DNA of 64,000 bases from Treponemataceae bacterium (GTDB lineage: Bacteria; Spirochaetota; Spirochaetia; Treponematales; Rectinemataceae). Positions 63,525 to 64,000 of the stretch are shown one piece after another. A model generated the notes under the pieces. That model saw nothing but the letters and a program-made list of their open reading frames with translations, had not been told where the DNA came from and did not search any database. The stretch covers positions 160,001 to 224,000 of the forward strand of contig CAXXVZ010000003.1 in NCBI GenBank assembly GCA_963678065.2. The letters run 5' to 3'. Within the stretch, counting starts at the first letter, position 1, and each line of letters opens with the position of its first letter. Position numbers and translations under genes: made by a program.

Positions 63525-64000
63525 TCGATCTGCACACCCATTCCACGGCCTCGGACGGCTGCCTTTCGCCCGCCGCCCTCATCGGGCTCGCCGCTGACTC
63601 GGGGCTCAGGCTGATAGCCCTCACCGACCACGACAGTCTCGAGGGCTTGCCGGAGGCCGAAGCTGCGGCCAGGGCGAAAGGCATCGGTTTCATACGGGGC
63701 ATCGAGATGGAAGTCGCCTGGGAACCCGGCGAATTTCACATGCTCGGACTCGACCTCGCCGACCTGGGCGGGGAACTCGCCGAAGCGACGCTGACCATGG
63801 CCCGTTCGCGCGGAAACCGCAATCGTCTCATCATGGACAAGATCAGGGAAGCGGGCATCCCCGCGACGATGGAGGAGCTCAGAACCCATGCGGGGGCGGG
63901 CAGCATAGGCCGTCCCCATTTCGCGGACATGCTCGTCAAGCGGAACGCGGCGCGGAACCGTCAGGACGCCTTCGACAAGTACCTTGCGAAGGGCAGACCC
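63521..64000 (+). CDS. PHP-domain phosphoesterase (YciV/TrpH-like), 3'-partial
   Basis: TTG start; IDLHTHSTASDG, ALTDHD, GIE, HMLG, GRPHFA. Confidence 0.9.
   Translation, partial: MIDLHTHSTASDGCLSPAALIGLAADSGLRLIALTDHDSLEGLPEAEAAARAKGIGFIRGIEMEVAWEPGEFHMLGLDLADLGGELAEATLTMARSRGNRNRLIMDKIREAGIPATMEELRTHAGAGSIGRPHFADMLVKRNAARNRQDAFDKYLAKGRP

Overview
GC-rich spirochaete chromosome, probably a free-living Treponemataceae/Rectinema-like organism (class I LysRS; murB-cysS-ECF sigma-anti-sigma and queG-epmA-efp arrangements). Most of the window is housekeeping: adk, ndk, lysS, tsaD, a PBP, ffh, rpmB, murB, cysS, glyA, epmA/efp, recG, an M32 carboxypeptidase and a full his operon with a HisA-HisI-HisE fusion. 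The dominant feature is a 17.2-kb gene for a ~5,730-aa envelope protein: signal peptide, beta-barrel-like N-terminus, 48 FSP(N/D)GDG Ig-like modules and a C-terminal OmpA-like domain. It was expanded by two near-identical tandem arrays (1,320-bp and 1,941-bp units), and codon usage flips to G-rich/C-poor exactly inside those arrays. Regulatory signals read from the sequence include a sigma54 promoter with paired activator-like sites upstream of an RpoS-like sigma factor, a second sigma54-like promoter, an apparently leaderless His-rich attenuator, a uORF-bearing structured leader before a truncated rsgA, several leaderless genes and two probable non-canonical starts (CTG, ATT). No rRNA, tRNA, CRISPR array or mobile element was recognised. 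All family calls are from motif recognition; no database search was run.
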